64,000 nucleotides of DNA, taken from assembly GCA_963555985.3 (NCBI GenBank), contig OY820591.1, positions 1,408,001 to 1,472,000 on the forward strand. The letters are read 5' to 3'. The position numbers and the translations under genes are program-made. The stretch comes from Dehalococcoidia bacterium. GTDB taxonomy: Bacteria > Chloroflexota > Dehalococcoidia > Bin125. Position 1 is the first letter of the stretch. The number at the start of each line of letters is the position of its first letter. The notes under the pieces were generated by a model that worked only from the letters and a program-made list of their open reading frames with translations, was not told where the DNA came from and searched no databases. Positions 51,142-60,113 of this stretch are shown one piece after another.

Positions 51142-52217
51142 GCGGGAATCATCGTGTTCTCGTCTATGCGGTCGTCGTTGTGTTGTGTCTAGTCGCATTG
51201 GCGCTCTCCGCTCGAGCGATGCTGCGCAGTACGGACACGATCCTGGCCGCCCCGGCCAAGCCGCCCACCATCGAAGCGGTGAGGACGACTGCGGTCGAGA
51301 TTTACAGCGGCGACACATCGGCCCAAATTGCGCGGCGGCTGGTTGAGGCCGGCGCGATCACCTCCGTGCGGCGATTCGAAATTCTCGTACAGCTTCTGGG
51401 CTGGGACCGTCGCCTCGAACCCGGCGTGTACTCATTTGAGCCAGGCCTAACCACGCTTGAGGTCGCCCTGCGGATACACTTCGGCGAGACTTCACCGTGG
51501 CGCGTCACGATCCCGGAAGGGCTCAGGGTCGAGCAGGTGTCGGAATTGCTGATTGGGGCAGAGATCGTGACTGCCGGCGCACTCTCGGCCGCTCTCGCCG
51601 ATCCCGGAAACGCGATCGGAACGTTGGCAGCGGAGCGACCCGCAGGCGTCTCCTTGGAGGGTTATCTCGCTCCGAGTACGTATTCGTTCCCGCTTGGCGT
51701 CAGCGCGGATCAGGCTGTGCGGCTCATGCTTGAGCGCTTCGACGAATCACTGACCGCCGACCTTCGTGGGCGAATTGCATCATCCGGCCGGAGTCTGCAC
51801 GAGATCTTGACGATCGCCTCAATCATTGAGCGTGAGGCTCTGTTTGACGAGGAACGTCCGCTCGTCTCGGCGGTCATCTGGAATCGACTCGCGATCGGAA
51901 TGCCGTTGCAGATGGACTCGACTGTGCAGTACTCGCTTGGCTCCATTCCAGGTGAGGTGGGACGTTTCGGGTATTGGAAGCGATCGTTGACCTTCGATGA
52001 TCTGGAAGTGGTCGCGGAGCATAATACGTACGTGGTGGCAGCGCTTCCGCCAGCACCGATTGCCGGCCCGAGCATCGCTTCGATCCTCGCTGCCGCCGCT
52101 CCCGCAGACGTCCCCTATCTCTACTTCGTCGCACGCGGCGACGGGTCGCATGCCTTCGCAGCGACGTTCGAGGAGCACGAAGCCAATATCGAGCGCTACC
52201 ACGGAGGTGGGGAATGA
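51138..52217 (+). CDS. mltG: Endolytic transglycosylase MltG
   Basis: N-terminal TM, VTIPEG, LEGYLAPSTY, ASIIERE, NRLAIGMPLQMDSTVQY, YLYFVA. Confidence 0.93.
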   Translation: MSGNHRVLVYAVVVVLCLVALALSARAMLRSTDTILAAPAKPPTIEAVRTTAVEIYSGDTSAQIARRLVEAGAITSVRRFEILVQLLGWDRRLEPGVYSFEPGLTTLEVALRIHFGETSPWRVTIPEGLRVEQVSELLIGAEIVTAGALSAALADPGNAIGTLAAERPAGVSLEGYLAPSTYSFPLGVSADQAVRLMLERFDESLTADLRGRIASSGRSLHEILTIASIIEREALFDEERPLVSAVIWNRLAIGMPLQMDSTVQYSLGSIPGEVGRFGYWKRSLTFDDLEVVAEHNTYVVAALPPAPIAGPSIASILAAAAPADVPYLYFVARGDGSHAFAATFEEHEANIERYHGGGE

Positions 52218-53089
52218 GCCTGCGGGTGGGCGTGATCGGACGGCCTGTCGCACACAGCATCTCGCCGCGTTTCCAGCAGGCTGGCTTCGATCAGGCCGGG
52301 ATCAAGGCTCGATACGAAGCGTGGGATCTCGCGCCCGGTGAACTCGAATCGTTCATCGGAAGCTTGCGCGACGAAGATGCGCTCGGCGCGAATGTGACGA
52401 TTCCGTACAAGGAGGCGGCCCTGCGGCACATGGACGGTCTAGATCAGACGGCGCGGTTCGTCGGAGCGATCAATACGATTGTCAACACCGGCGATGCGCT
52501 GCAGGGCTACAACACTGACGTGACCGGTTTTCAACGCTCACTTTCGGAGGCCAAGTTTGAGCCGTCCGGGTGTCACGCGCTCTTGTGGGGTGCGGGCGGT
52601 GCCGCCCGCGCTGTGGCTTGGGCGTTGATCTGGCGCGGCGTCTCGGCACTGACGATCGTGAACCGAACTGCGGTGAGGGCGGGACGCCTCCGGCACGATC
52701 TCGCGTCCGCATCAGCCGGCGTAAGGCTTCGCGCTCTTAGTGCGAGCGATGATGGGGTCGGCGAAGCACTGAGCGCGGCTGACCTCGTTGTGCAATGCAC
52801 GTCGGTTGGACTCGCCGGGAGCGAAACGGCTGGGCAACTGCCTTTCGATCCCGTCGCATTGCGAACCGATGCGTTCGTTGCCGACCTCATCGCAAACCCG
52901 CGCCAGACTCCGCTCATCAAGGCGGTGCAGAAGTCCGGGAGACGTGCGATCGGCGGTTTACCGATGCTCGTGTATCAGGGTGCGGCCGCGTTCGAACTCT
53001 GGACGGGTCGGGCCGCGCCGACGGACACGATGCTCCGCGCTGCAGACGCGGCGATGGCGAAAATGGAAGCGAGGGCGTCCGATGAATGA
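52214..53089 (+). CDS. aroE: Shikimate dehydrogenase
   Basis: GRPVAHSISP, GANVTIPYK, GAINTI, YNTDVTG, GAGGAARA, GLPMLVYQG. Confidence 0.95.
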   Translation: MSLRVGVIGRPVAHSISPRFQQAGFDQAGIKARYEAWDLAPGELESFIGSLRDEDALGANVTIPYKEAALRHMDGLDQTARFVGAINTIVNTGDALQGYNTDVTGFQRSLSEAKFEPSGCHALLWGAGGAARAVAWALIWRGVSALTIVNRTAVRAGRLRHDLASASAGVRLRALSASDDGVGEALSAADLVVQCTSVGLAGSETAGQLPFDPVALRTDAFVADLIANPRQTPLIKAVQKSGRRAIGGLPMLVYQGAAAFELWTGRAAPTDTMLRAADAAMAKMEARASDE

Positions 53090-53744
53090 AGGGGTGACGA
53101 TTGCCTTTGCGATCATCGCCGCCGTGTTCGGCGGGATCGGGTTGCTGCTGTTCAAAGAGGCGCGGACGCATCGATTCTGGCGGCAACTGGTCGCGGACAA
53201 CGATCTAGAGGCGATTCGGGGCATCCTTGAGCAGGAGATCGACCATTGGAGGACACAGCGGCCGCCAAAGGAGGTCAGCGCGGCGGTTTGGGCCGGGGTG
53301 CAAAGCATGGACCTCGTGAGCGCATCGGCCGAACATGTTCATATCAGCACGTCCGCTGATCCGGAATTTGGTGTGGCCGACGGCAAGCGCCAACAGACGG
53401 CTTCGTCGCTTGACACGGCATATGCGACCGCACTGAGGCTGGTGGAGATGATTTTCTACGACGTGCCGGACTTTCGCCCCGATCATGTGCGGATCGATGT
53501 GTATACGACGTTCCGAAATGAGGAAGGCGCAGCTGAAGCGCGCCCGATCTTGTGTGTGCAGGCAGACCGAGCAGACGCCTTGAGCCTCGACTGGAACCAG
53601 CCGCCGGGCCGACTTGCCCGAGAATTCGTAACCACGGCGAACCGCGCACCTAATGGAGAACCCAGACCTATTTTGCTTCCCCGCGACGAATTTGTAGAGT
53701 TGGACGAATCGCGTGACGATGCGTCTCCAGCGATACCGCGCTAG
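53082..53744 (+). CDS. Hypothetical protein with a single N-terminal TM helix
   Basis: MNEGVTIAFAIIAAVFGGIGLLLFK..., overlaps aroE stop; protein-like composition. Confidence 0.75.
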   Translation: MNEGVTIAFAIIAAVFGGIGLLLFKEARTHRFWRQLVADNDLEAIRGILEQEIDHWRTQRPPKEVSAAVWAGVQSMDLVSASAEHVHISTSADPEFGVADGKRQQTASSLDTAYATALRLVEMIFYDVPDFRPDHVRIDVYTTFRNEEGAAEARPILCVQADRADALSLDWNQPPGRLAREFVTTANRAPNGEPRPILLPRDEFVELDESRDDASPAIPR

Positions 53745-53788
53745 AGCCGTCGGGAGATATGGTGGCGGCGGCGAGAAAGTAGACGCGA

Positions 53789-54988
53789 ATGGCGAGTCTG
53801 CGTTGGTTTACAGCGGGTGAGTCTCACGGACCCGGACTCACCGTGATCGTAGACGGCGTGCCGGCCGGCCTGCATTTGAGTGAGGATGACATTCGACAGC
53901 AGTTGTCGCGACGGCAAAAGGGCTACGGTCGGGGCGGTCGGATGAAGATCGAACGCGACTACGCCCAGATCCGGGGCGGTGTGCGGCAGGGGAGGACGTT
54001 TGGCAGTCCGATTGCGTTGTGGATTGAGAATCGGGATTTCGACAAGGGTACCGGGCCGGACAAGCGCCTCTGGCGCGAGACGATGGCGCTCGATCCGGTC
54101 GATCCACCACCAACGCGGATCACGCGCGTGCGACCCGGTCACGCAGATCTCTCGGCGTCGCTGAAGTACGGCTACGAGGATGTGCGGGACTCGCTGGAAC
54201 GAGCGAGCGCGCGCGAGAGCGCTGCGCGCGTGGCAGCTGGGGCGGTTGCGCGCCGGCTTTGTGAAGAGCTTGGTTGCGAGTTCAACAGCCATGTCGCGCA
54301 GATAGGAGCCGTGACGCTCGATCCAGCCACAGAAATCGACTGGGCCGAGGTTGAGGCCTCGCCCGTCCGTTGCGTTGACCCATCAGTCGGCCAAAAGATG
54401 ATCGACGCGATCAATGACGCGAAGCGCGAGGGCGACACATTGGGTGGGATCGTGGAGGCGCGCGTAGCCGGAGTCGCATTCGGGCTTGGCTCGCACGTCC
54501 AGTGGGATCGCAAACTCAGCGGCCGGATCGGTCAGGCCCTGCTGTCGATGAACGCATTCAAGGGAGTTGAGATCGGGGACGGGTTCACAGGTGCCGGACT
54601 GACCGGCCGAAATTATCACGACGTGGTACTTCCGCAGGACGCATGGGGCGACCGCCCTTGGCGTCGGCGGACGAATCATGCTGGAGGCATTGAGGGTGGC
54701 ATCTCGAACGGCGAGGATTTGGTCGTCCGAGTCGCGGTCAAGCCAATTGCGACGTTGGCTCATCCGCTGCCTTCCGCCGATCTGGTGACCGGTGAGCGAG
54801 TGGAGGCGCACTACGAGCGCTCAGACGTGTGCGTCGTGCCGGCTGCCGGGGTGATTGTCGAAGCAATGCTCGCTCTCGTGCTTGCCGATGCGCTGTTGGA
54901 GAAGTTCGGCGGCGACGCACTGTCGGAGACGCGGCGCAACATGGACGCCTTTCTGCGGACAGCGATCCCGCGAGGTGAGTGGTCGTGA
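53789..54988 (+). CDS. aroC: Chorismate synthase
   Basis: TAGESHG, RRQKGYGRGGRM, RPGHADL, ERASARESA, NHAGGIEGGISNG, ERSDVC. Confidence 0.97.
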   Translation: MASLRWFTAGESHGPGLTVIVDGVPAGLHLSEDDIRQQLSRRQKGYGRGGRMKIERDYAQIRGGVRQGRTFGSPIALWIENRDFDKGTGPDKRLWRETMALDPVDPPPTRITRVRPGHADLSASLKYGYEDVRDSLERASARESAARVAAGAVARRLCEELGCEFNSHVAQIGAVTLDPATEIDWAEVEASPVRCVDPSVGQKMIDAINDAKREGDTLGGIVEARVAGVAFGLGSHVQWDRKLSGRIGQALLSMNAFKGVEIGDGFTGAGLTGRNYHDVVLPQDAWGDRPWRRRTNHAGGIEGGISNGEDLVVRVAVKPIATLAHPLPSADLVTGERVEAHYERSDVCVVPAAGVIVEAMLALVLADALLEKFGGDALSETRRNMDAFLRTAIPRGEWS

Positions 54989-56730
54989 GCGTTCCTGTTG
55001 GTCTGAAGCGCGTCGTGCTGATCGGATTTAGCGCCACCGGCAAGTCGGTGCTCGCGCCGTTCATCGCGGAGCGGCTTGGCTGGAGCGCCGTGGACCTTGA
55101 CGTTGAGATCGAGCGTGCGGCGGAGAGATCGATTCCGCAGATTTTCGAGCAGGAGGGTGAGGCAGGGTTCCGCGCGCGCGAACGCGCCGCTGTTCGGGAA
55201 GCGGCAGCGCGCGACGGACTCGTGATCGCTACGGGGGGTGGCGTGTGGCTCGACGCTGCGAACCGCTCAGCTCTGGCTGAATCCGGATTCGTGGTCACGT
55301 TGGAAGCTCGGGCGGCGACAATTCTGGCTCGCTACGCCGAGACCGAGCAGGGAACGACGGAAGTACGACCGTTGCTCGCAGGAGCGGATCCGCGGCGGCG
55401 GGTGGAGACACTGAAGGCACAGCGGCAACCGTTCTACGCACTGACCGATCTCACCGTCCACACGGACGAAGTCGAGATCGGCGAAGCGGTAGACGAGATC
55501 GTTGATAGCGTTGCGCGCGGCGCTGGACGTGCGCTCGCCTCTGACGCGCGTCTGCGTGAGATGCAGCTAGGCCCCGGCGTCGATCCGCCCCCGGTCAGCG
55601 ATTTTGGGCCGCACGTAGGTTGTGTGGTCGATGCGGGATCAGCTCGATATCCGGTCTATTGCGCCTGGGGTCTGTTGGCAGAGAGCGGCGATATCTTTGA
55701 CCGACTCGGATTGAGCGGACGTGTGTTCCTGATCGCAGATCAAGCGGTGATGGATTCGCATGGTGAATCGGCGCGGGCGTCGCTTGAGCGGTCGGGTCGA
55801 GATGTTGTCCGTTATGCAGTGCCGTCTGGCGAGGCGAGCAAGTCGCTCGAATCGTTGGCTGAGTTGTATGCGTGGATGTCCGATTACCGGGCGGAACGGC
55901 GGGATACGGTCTTGGCTTTAGGCGGCGGAGTGACGACAGACCTTGCCGGGACTGTGGCGGCGACGTATCTGCGCGGGATGCCGATGGTTCACGCACCGAC
56001 GACGGTGCTGGGCATGGTTGACGCCGCGATCGGGGGCAAGGTCGCGATCGACTTGCCGAGCGGCAAGAATCTGGTCGGTGCGTTTTATCAACCGCGTGCA
56101 GTGCTGGCGGACGCCGCGACGCTCGTCACGCTACCCCAGCGCGAGTTACGGTCGGGCTTTGCCGAGGTGATCAAGCACGGGTTCATTCGCGACCCGGAGA
56201 TGCTCGGTCAGCTGGAACGTGATGCGGAAGTGCTACTCGATCCTGCGGCGGCAGAGCATGACGAGCGGCGACGGGAACTGCTGGTGAACACAATCATCCG
56301 AAATCAGGCGATCAAGGCAGCTGTGGTCTCGGCTGACGAGCGTGAGTCGGATCTCAGAGCGATTCTCAACTATGGACACACGCTCGGACATGCGATTGAG
56401 GCGGTGACGGGATACAGCGCCGTGCTGCACGGCGAGGCTGTGGCGATGGGAATGGTGGCAGTTGCGGAGATGGGCTGCGCAATGGGGCTGATCGATGAGG
56501 CTGTCGTGATGCGGCATCGGACGCTGCTCCAGCGCTTTGGCTTGCCGACGCAGAGTCCTGGTGGGCTTGAGCGGTCGGCTCTGCTGGAGGCGATGTCGCG
56601 GGACAAGAAGGTGGTCGGCGGGAGGCAGACTTGGGTGCTGCTTGAGAGCGTTGGCGCGCCGGTCGTGCGCAACGACGTGCCGGCGGAGGTAGTGGCGGAA
56701 GCGATTGACCTGGTGGTTGGCGCGACGTGA
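54985..56730 (+). CDS. aroKB: Fused shikimate kinase / 3-dehydroquinate synthase (AroK-AroB)
   Basis: LIGFSATGKS, GEAGFRARE, IATGGG (AroK); GEASKS, LGGGVTTDLAG, DAAIGGK, KNLVGAFYQP, LNYGHTLGHAIE (AroB). Confidence 0.93.
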   Translation: MSVPVGLKRVVLIGFSATGKSVLAPFIAERLGWSAVDLDVEIERAAERSIPQIFEQEGEAGFRARERAAVREAAARDGLVIATGGGVWLDAANRSALAESGFVVTLEARAATILARYAETEQGTTEVRPLLAGADPRRRVETLKAQRQPFYALTDLTVHTDEVEIGEAVDEIVDSVARGAGRALASDARLREMQLGPGVDPPPVSDFGPHVGCVVDAGSARYPVYCAWGLLAESGDIFDRLGLSGRVFLIADQAVMDSHGESARASLERSGRDVVRYAVPSGEASKSLESLAELYAWMSDYRAERRDTVLALGGGVTTDLAGTVAATYLRGMPMVHAPTTVLGMVDAAIGGKVAIDLPSGKNLVGAFYQPRAVLADAATLVTLPQRELRSGFAEVIKHGFIRDPEMLGQLERDAEVLLDPAAAEHDERRRELLVNTIIRNQAIKAAVVSADERESDLRAILNYGHTLGHAIEAVTGYSAVLHGEAVAMGMVAVAEMGCAMGLIDEAVVMRHRTLLQRFGLPTQSPGGLERSALLEAMSRDKKVVGGRQTWVLLESVGAPVVRNDVPAEVVAEAIDLVVGAT

Positions 56731-57017
56731 CCAGTGGGTTTGTGAGAATGCAGGTACTTGTCCATGGCCGCGTGCAGATGGTCGGGTATCGGATGTTCAC
56801 GGAGCAGGAAGCGACGCGGATCGGGTCGATCAGCGGCACGGTCCGCAATCTGGCTGACGGATTGTCTGTGGAAGTGATCGCAGAAGGAGCGCGCACCGAC
56901 TTGGAGAAGCTCTTGGAGGAACTGCGAGTTGGTCCGCCGCACGCGCTCGTGCGTGAGGTTGAGGTGTCGTGGCACGAGGCGACGGGTGAATGCGACGGAT
57001 TTGCGACGATCCTTTAG
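56727..57017 (+). CDS. acyP: Acylphosphatase
   Basis: VHGRVQMVGYR, GTVRNLADG.SVEVIAEG, GPPHALV. Confidence 0.92.
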   Translation: MTSGFVRMQVLVHGRVQMVGYRMFTEQEATRIGSISGTVRNLADGLSVEVIAEGARTDLEKLLEELRVGPPHALVREVEVSWHEATGECDGFATIL

Positions 57018-58273
57018 CTAGTACCGGTATAGGTCCTTGCTCGCTCGACCTTGATCGGAAACTGATCCATCCCACGCAGGATGGAGTTTGGCTTGTAGCT
57101 GGGCGCGCTGGAGCCAAACTCGATCTGCTCGAAGCGTTCGAGCAGGACTTCAAACGCGATTCGCCCTTCCAGCCGCGCCAGGGGCGAACCGAGGCAGAAG
57201 TGGATGCCGCGGCCGAAGGCGATGTGATTGTTGTGTTCCCGAGTGATGTCGAGTTGATCGGGATCGTCAAACTCGGCCGGGTCACGGTTGGCGGCGGCGA
57301 GGACGAATGCGACGCGGTCACCGACGTGCACGGTGCGGTTACCCAGTTGCATGTCGGCGGCAGCGGTCTTGGGATCCATCTGGACAGGCGGGTCATAGCG
57401 CAGCAGCTCTTCGATCGCGTTGGGCAGAAGTTCTGGTTGACTGCGCAGGAGCTCCAGCTGGTCGGGATTCTCGATCAGTGCCTTGGCACCGTTGCCGATC
57501 AGATTGGTGGTGGTTTCGTTGCCGGCCAGCAGGAGCAGGTTGAGCGTAGAGATCATCTCGTGGCGGCTGAGACGGTCGCCTTCTTCATGAGCTTCGATCA
57601 GGCGGGTTGTGAGGTCGTCGGCGGGCGAGTCTCGGCGCAGCTCAACGTGGCGGTTGAAGTACTCGTAGAGCGCGACAGCGGCGTCGGCGGCGCGCTGCTG
57701 TTGGTCGGGTGTCAGGCCCGGGTTTCCGCCGAGGATGAAGTCGTCGGACCACTGGCGGAATTCTGCGCGCTGCTCGGTGGGTACGCCGATCATTTCGGCG
57801 ATCACGATCGTGGGCAGCATCGAGGCGAGGTTAGCCATCAGGTCGAATTCGTCGGAGTCGGCGACTTCGTCGAGCAGGCCGTGCGCGATTTCACGCACGC
57901 GGTCTTCCATCCTGCTGACCTGGCGCTGCGTGAAGGCGCGCGAGACGAGTCCGCGCAGGCGTGTGTGATCGAGCGGATCACGGTTGAGCATCGAAGCGTC
58001 GGTGAGGTCCGGACCGTCGCGGGCGGGATCACCATCGTCTTCCTGGACATTGGAGAACCGTTCCCAGTCGACGATCATTTCGTTGACGTCGTCGTAGCGA
58101 GAAACGAGCCACATGTTGGTGACTGCGCTGTAGTGGTAAGGATCGCGCTCCAGCAGTTGGCGGTAGGTGGGGTAAGGATTGGCGATCACGTTGATATCGA
58201 GCGGGTTCCAGGCGACGCCGGTTTCGCGCAGTTCTTGCTCAAGCAGGTCGCGCGGAGAGATTTCAGTGGTCAT
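57014..58273 (-). CDS. Cytochrome P450 (1)
   Basis: HTRLR, AGNETTT, EELLRYD (ExxR), FGRGIHFCLG heme Cys. Confidence 0.95.
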   Translation of the reverse strand: MTTEISPRDLLEQELRETGVAWNPLDINVIANPYPTYRQLLERDPYHYSAVTNMWLVSRYDDVNEMIVDWERFSNVQEDDGDPARDGPDLTDASMLNRDPLDHTRLRGLVSRAFTQRQVSRMEDRVREIAHGLLDEVADSDEFDLMANLASMLPTIVIAEMIGVPTEQRAEFRQWSDDFILGGNPGLTPDQQQRAADAAVALYEYFNRHVELRRDSPADDLTTRLIEAHEEGDRLSRHEMISTLNLLLLAGNETTTNLIGNGAKALIENPDQLELLRSQPELLPNAIEELLRYDPPVQMDPKTAAADMQLGNRTVHVGDRVAFVLAAANRDPAEFDDPDQLDITREHNNHIAFGRGIHFCLGSPLARLEGRIAFEVLLERFEQIEFGSSAPSYKPNSILRGMDQFPIKVERARTYTGTS

Positions 58274-58404
58274 TGGATCATCCTTTTCTGATCAGTCGCG
58301 GGCAGCCGGCTCCGGCATGGCGCCGGTGAAACTGTGCGGGCTAGGGTGGTCTACGCCGATGTAGCGGGGCGCGAGTAGGCAGCCGGGGCGCTGCTTGGAT
58401 AGGT

Positions 58405-59679
58405 TCATGATGCGGCAGCTGCGGTGACGAGGCTGCGACGATGGACACGGATGGGGAAGTCGTGGAGGCCGCGGAGGACGACATTGGGCTTGTATTGAGG
58501 CAGTTGGGTACCGAACTGGATGTCGTCGAAGCGTTCGAGCAGGACTTCGAAGGCGATCTTGCCTTCGAGCCGGGCAAGCGGCGCGCCGATGCAGTAGTGA
58601 ATGCCGCGGCCGAAGGAGATGTTACCGGTATCTTCGCGGGTGATGTCGAGCGTTTCGGGGTCGTGGAAGACTTCGGGGTCGCGGTTGGCGCTGCCGATGA
58701 TGAGGGTCATGCGGGATCCGGCCGGGAGGGTGCGATTGCCGAGTTGGACGGTTTGCGTGGTGGTGCGGCCGTTGACCTGGACGGGCGCGTCGTAGCGCAG
58801 CAGTTCTTCGAGCGCGTTGTCCAAGAGTTCGGGCTGCTCGCGCAGGAGCTGGAACTGGTCGGGGTGTTGGAGGAGGGCGCGCAGGCCGTTGCCGATCAGG
58901 TTGGTGGTGGTCTCGTTGCCGGCGACGAGGAGCAGGCGCAAGGTGACAACGATCTCCCTGGAAGTGAGGGTGTCACCCTCCTCCCTGGCGTCGATCAAGC
59001 GTTGGATCAGGTCGTCCTGCGGATCGGTTCGGCGCCGCTCAATCGCTTCGGCGAAGTAGGCGTCGAAGATCTCGCCGGTCGCATCGATGCGCTGCGCTTC
59101 ATCGCTGGAGACGTTGGGTTCGAGCACGCGGGCGAATATGTCGGACCAGTCCTTGAATTGTTGACGATCCTCGGTCGGTACACCGATCATTTCGGCGATC
59201 ACGACGGTAGGCAACAAGGCGGCGAGATTGGCCATCAGGTCGAACTCGCCCTGGCCGTCGACTTCGTCGAGCAGGGCGTGGGCAGTGTCGCGGACGTGAG
59301 CTTCCATCTTGGCGATCTGGCGCGGGGTGAAGGCGCGGTTGACGAGGCCGCGCAGGCGGGTGTGATCGGGCGGGTCGAGCGAGAGGAAGCCGGTGACTTC
59401 GCCGCTCGCCGTGGTGTTGCCGCGGGCGCTGGAGTAGGTTTTCCAGTCGCGCAAGACGGCATCGACGTCCTCGTAGCGAGAGACGGCGTAGTTGCCGATC
59501 AGGGGCGAGTAGTGGACCGGGTCAGTCTCGCGGAGCTTGACGTAGTTGGGGTAGGGATTCTGGATGTAGGCGGGATCGAGGGGGTACCAGACGACGCCGG
59601 ATTGCCAGCGCTCCTGCGCGAGTTTGGTTCTGATGTAGAGCGGGCGGATCGCCCGGCGCAGTGTCGTCTGGAGTGGCAT
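58405..59679 (-). CDS. Cytochrome P450 (2)
   Basis: DPPDHTRLR, AGNETTT, EELLRYD, FGRGIHYCIG; ATG 59679 follows GGAGG..GAGG (alternative ATG 59703). Confidence 0.95.
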   Translation of the reverse strand: MPLQTTLRRAIRPLYIRTKLAQERWQSGVVWYPLDPAYIQNPYPNYVKLRETDPVHYSPLIGNYAVSRYEDVDAVLRDWKTYSSARGNTTASGEVTGFLSLDPPDHTRLRGLVNRAFTPRQIAKMEAHVRDTAHALLDEVDGQGEFDLMANLAALLPTVVIAEMIGVPTEDRQQFKDWSDIFARVLEPNVSSDEAQRIDATGEIFDAYFAEAIERRRTDPQDDLIQRLIDAREEGDTLTSREIVVTLRLLLVAGNETTTNLIGNGLRALLQHPDQFQLLREQPELLDNALEELLRYDAPVQVNGRTTTQTVQLGNRTLPAGSRMTLIIGSANRDPEVFHDPETLDITREDTGNISFGRGIHYCIGAPLARLEGKIAFEVLLERFDDIQFGTQLPQYKPNVVLRGLHDFPIRVHRRSLVTAAAAS

Positions 59680-59820
59680 GTCCTCAGCCTCCCTGTCGCT
59701 CATGAGCGTCTGTGACCTTGTTCAGGTTAGGGCTTGTTCATATCTCCCGGTGGGGCACGGGAACTTTTGAGGGGAATTGGCGAATTTGCTGTTGTGAGCT
59801 GAGAGTTCGTTTGTGAGGTG

Positions 59821-59860
59821 ATCAGATTTGGTCAGGTTTGGTCAGATCTCGCTCGATTTG
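59821..59860 (-). repeat. 10-bp-period tandem direct repeat
   Basis: Minus strand CAAATCGAGC GAGATCTGAC CAAACCTGAC CAAATCTGAT. Confidence 0.75.
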
Positions 59861-60033
59861 CGGGGTGTTTTTGCGCGGTTTGCGTGGGTTGGTCAGGGGT
59901 GTTTGGGTTGTCGGCGTGGGGGTCATGTCGGTCTCGCTGGCTGGTCATTAGGGATCATTAGATCGAATAAGAGTGCTGCCTCGTTGATGTGGTGAGCGAG
60001 TGTGTTCGGGTGAACAGTCGGCGTCAACGCGGG

Positions 60034-60102
60034 GAGATTCCCGTGACAAGCGGGGGAATGACGGAGTGGGGATTGAGGCGTGCTCCCGCGTGAAGCGGGA
60101 GC
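60034..60102. repeat. Two REP-like palindromes
   Basis: 60034-60062 reads GTCATTCCCCCGCTTGTCACGGGAATCTC on the minus strand (same ends as 13649-13676); GCTCCCGC-GTGAA-GCGGGAGC at 60082-60102. Confidence 0.72.
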
Positions 60103-60113
60103 TGTGAGCGGGA

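Noticed and set aside
58274-58404. Possible small RNA or tRNA between P450-1 and P450-2
   Set aside because: Only short GC hairpins; no cloverleaf or T-loop motif.
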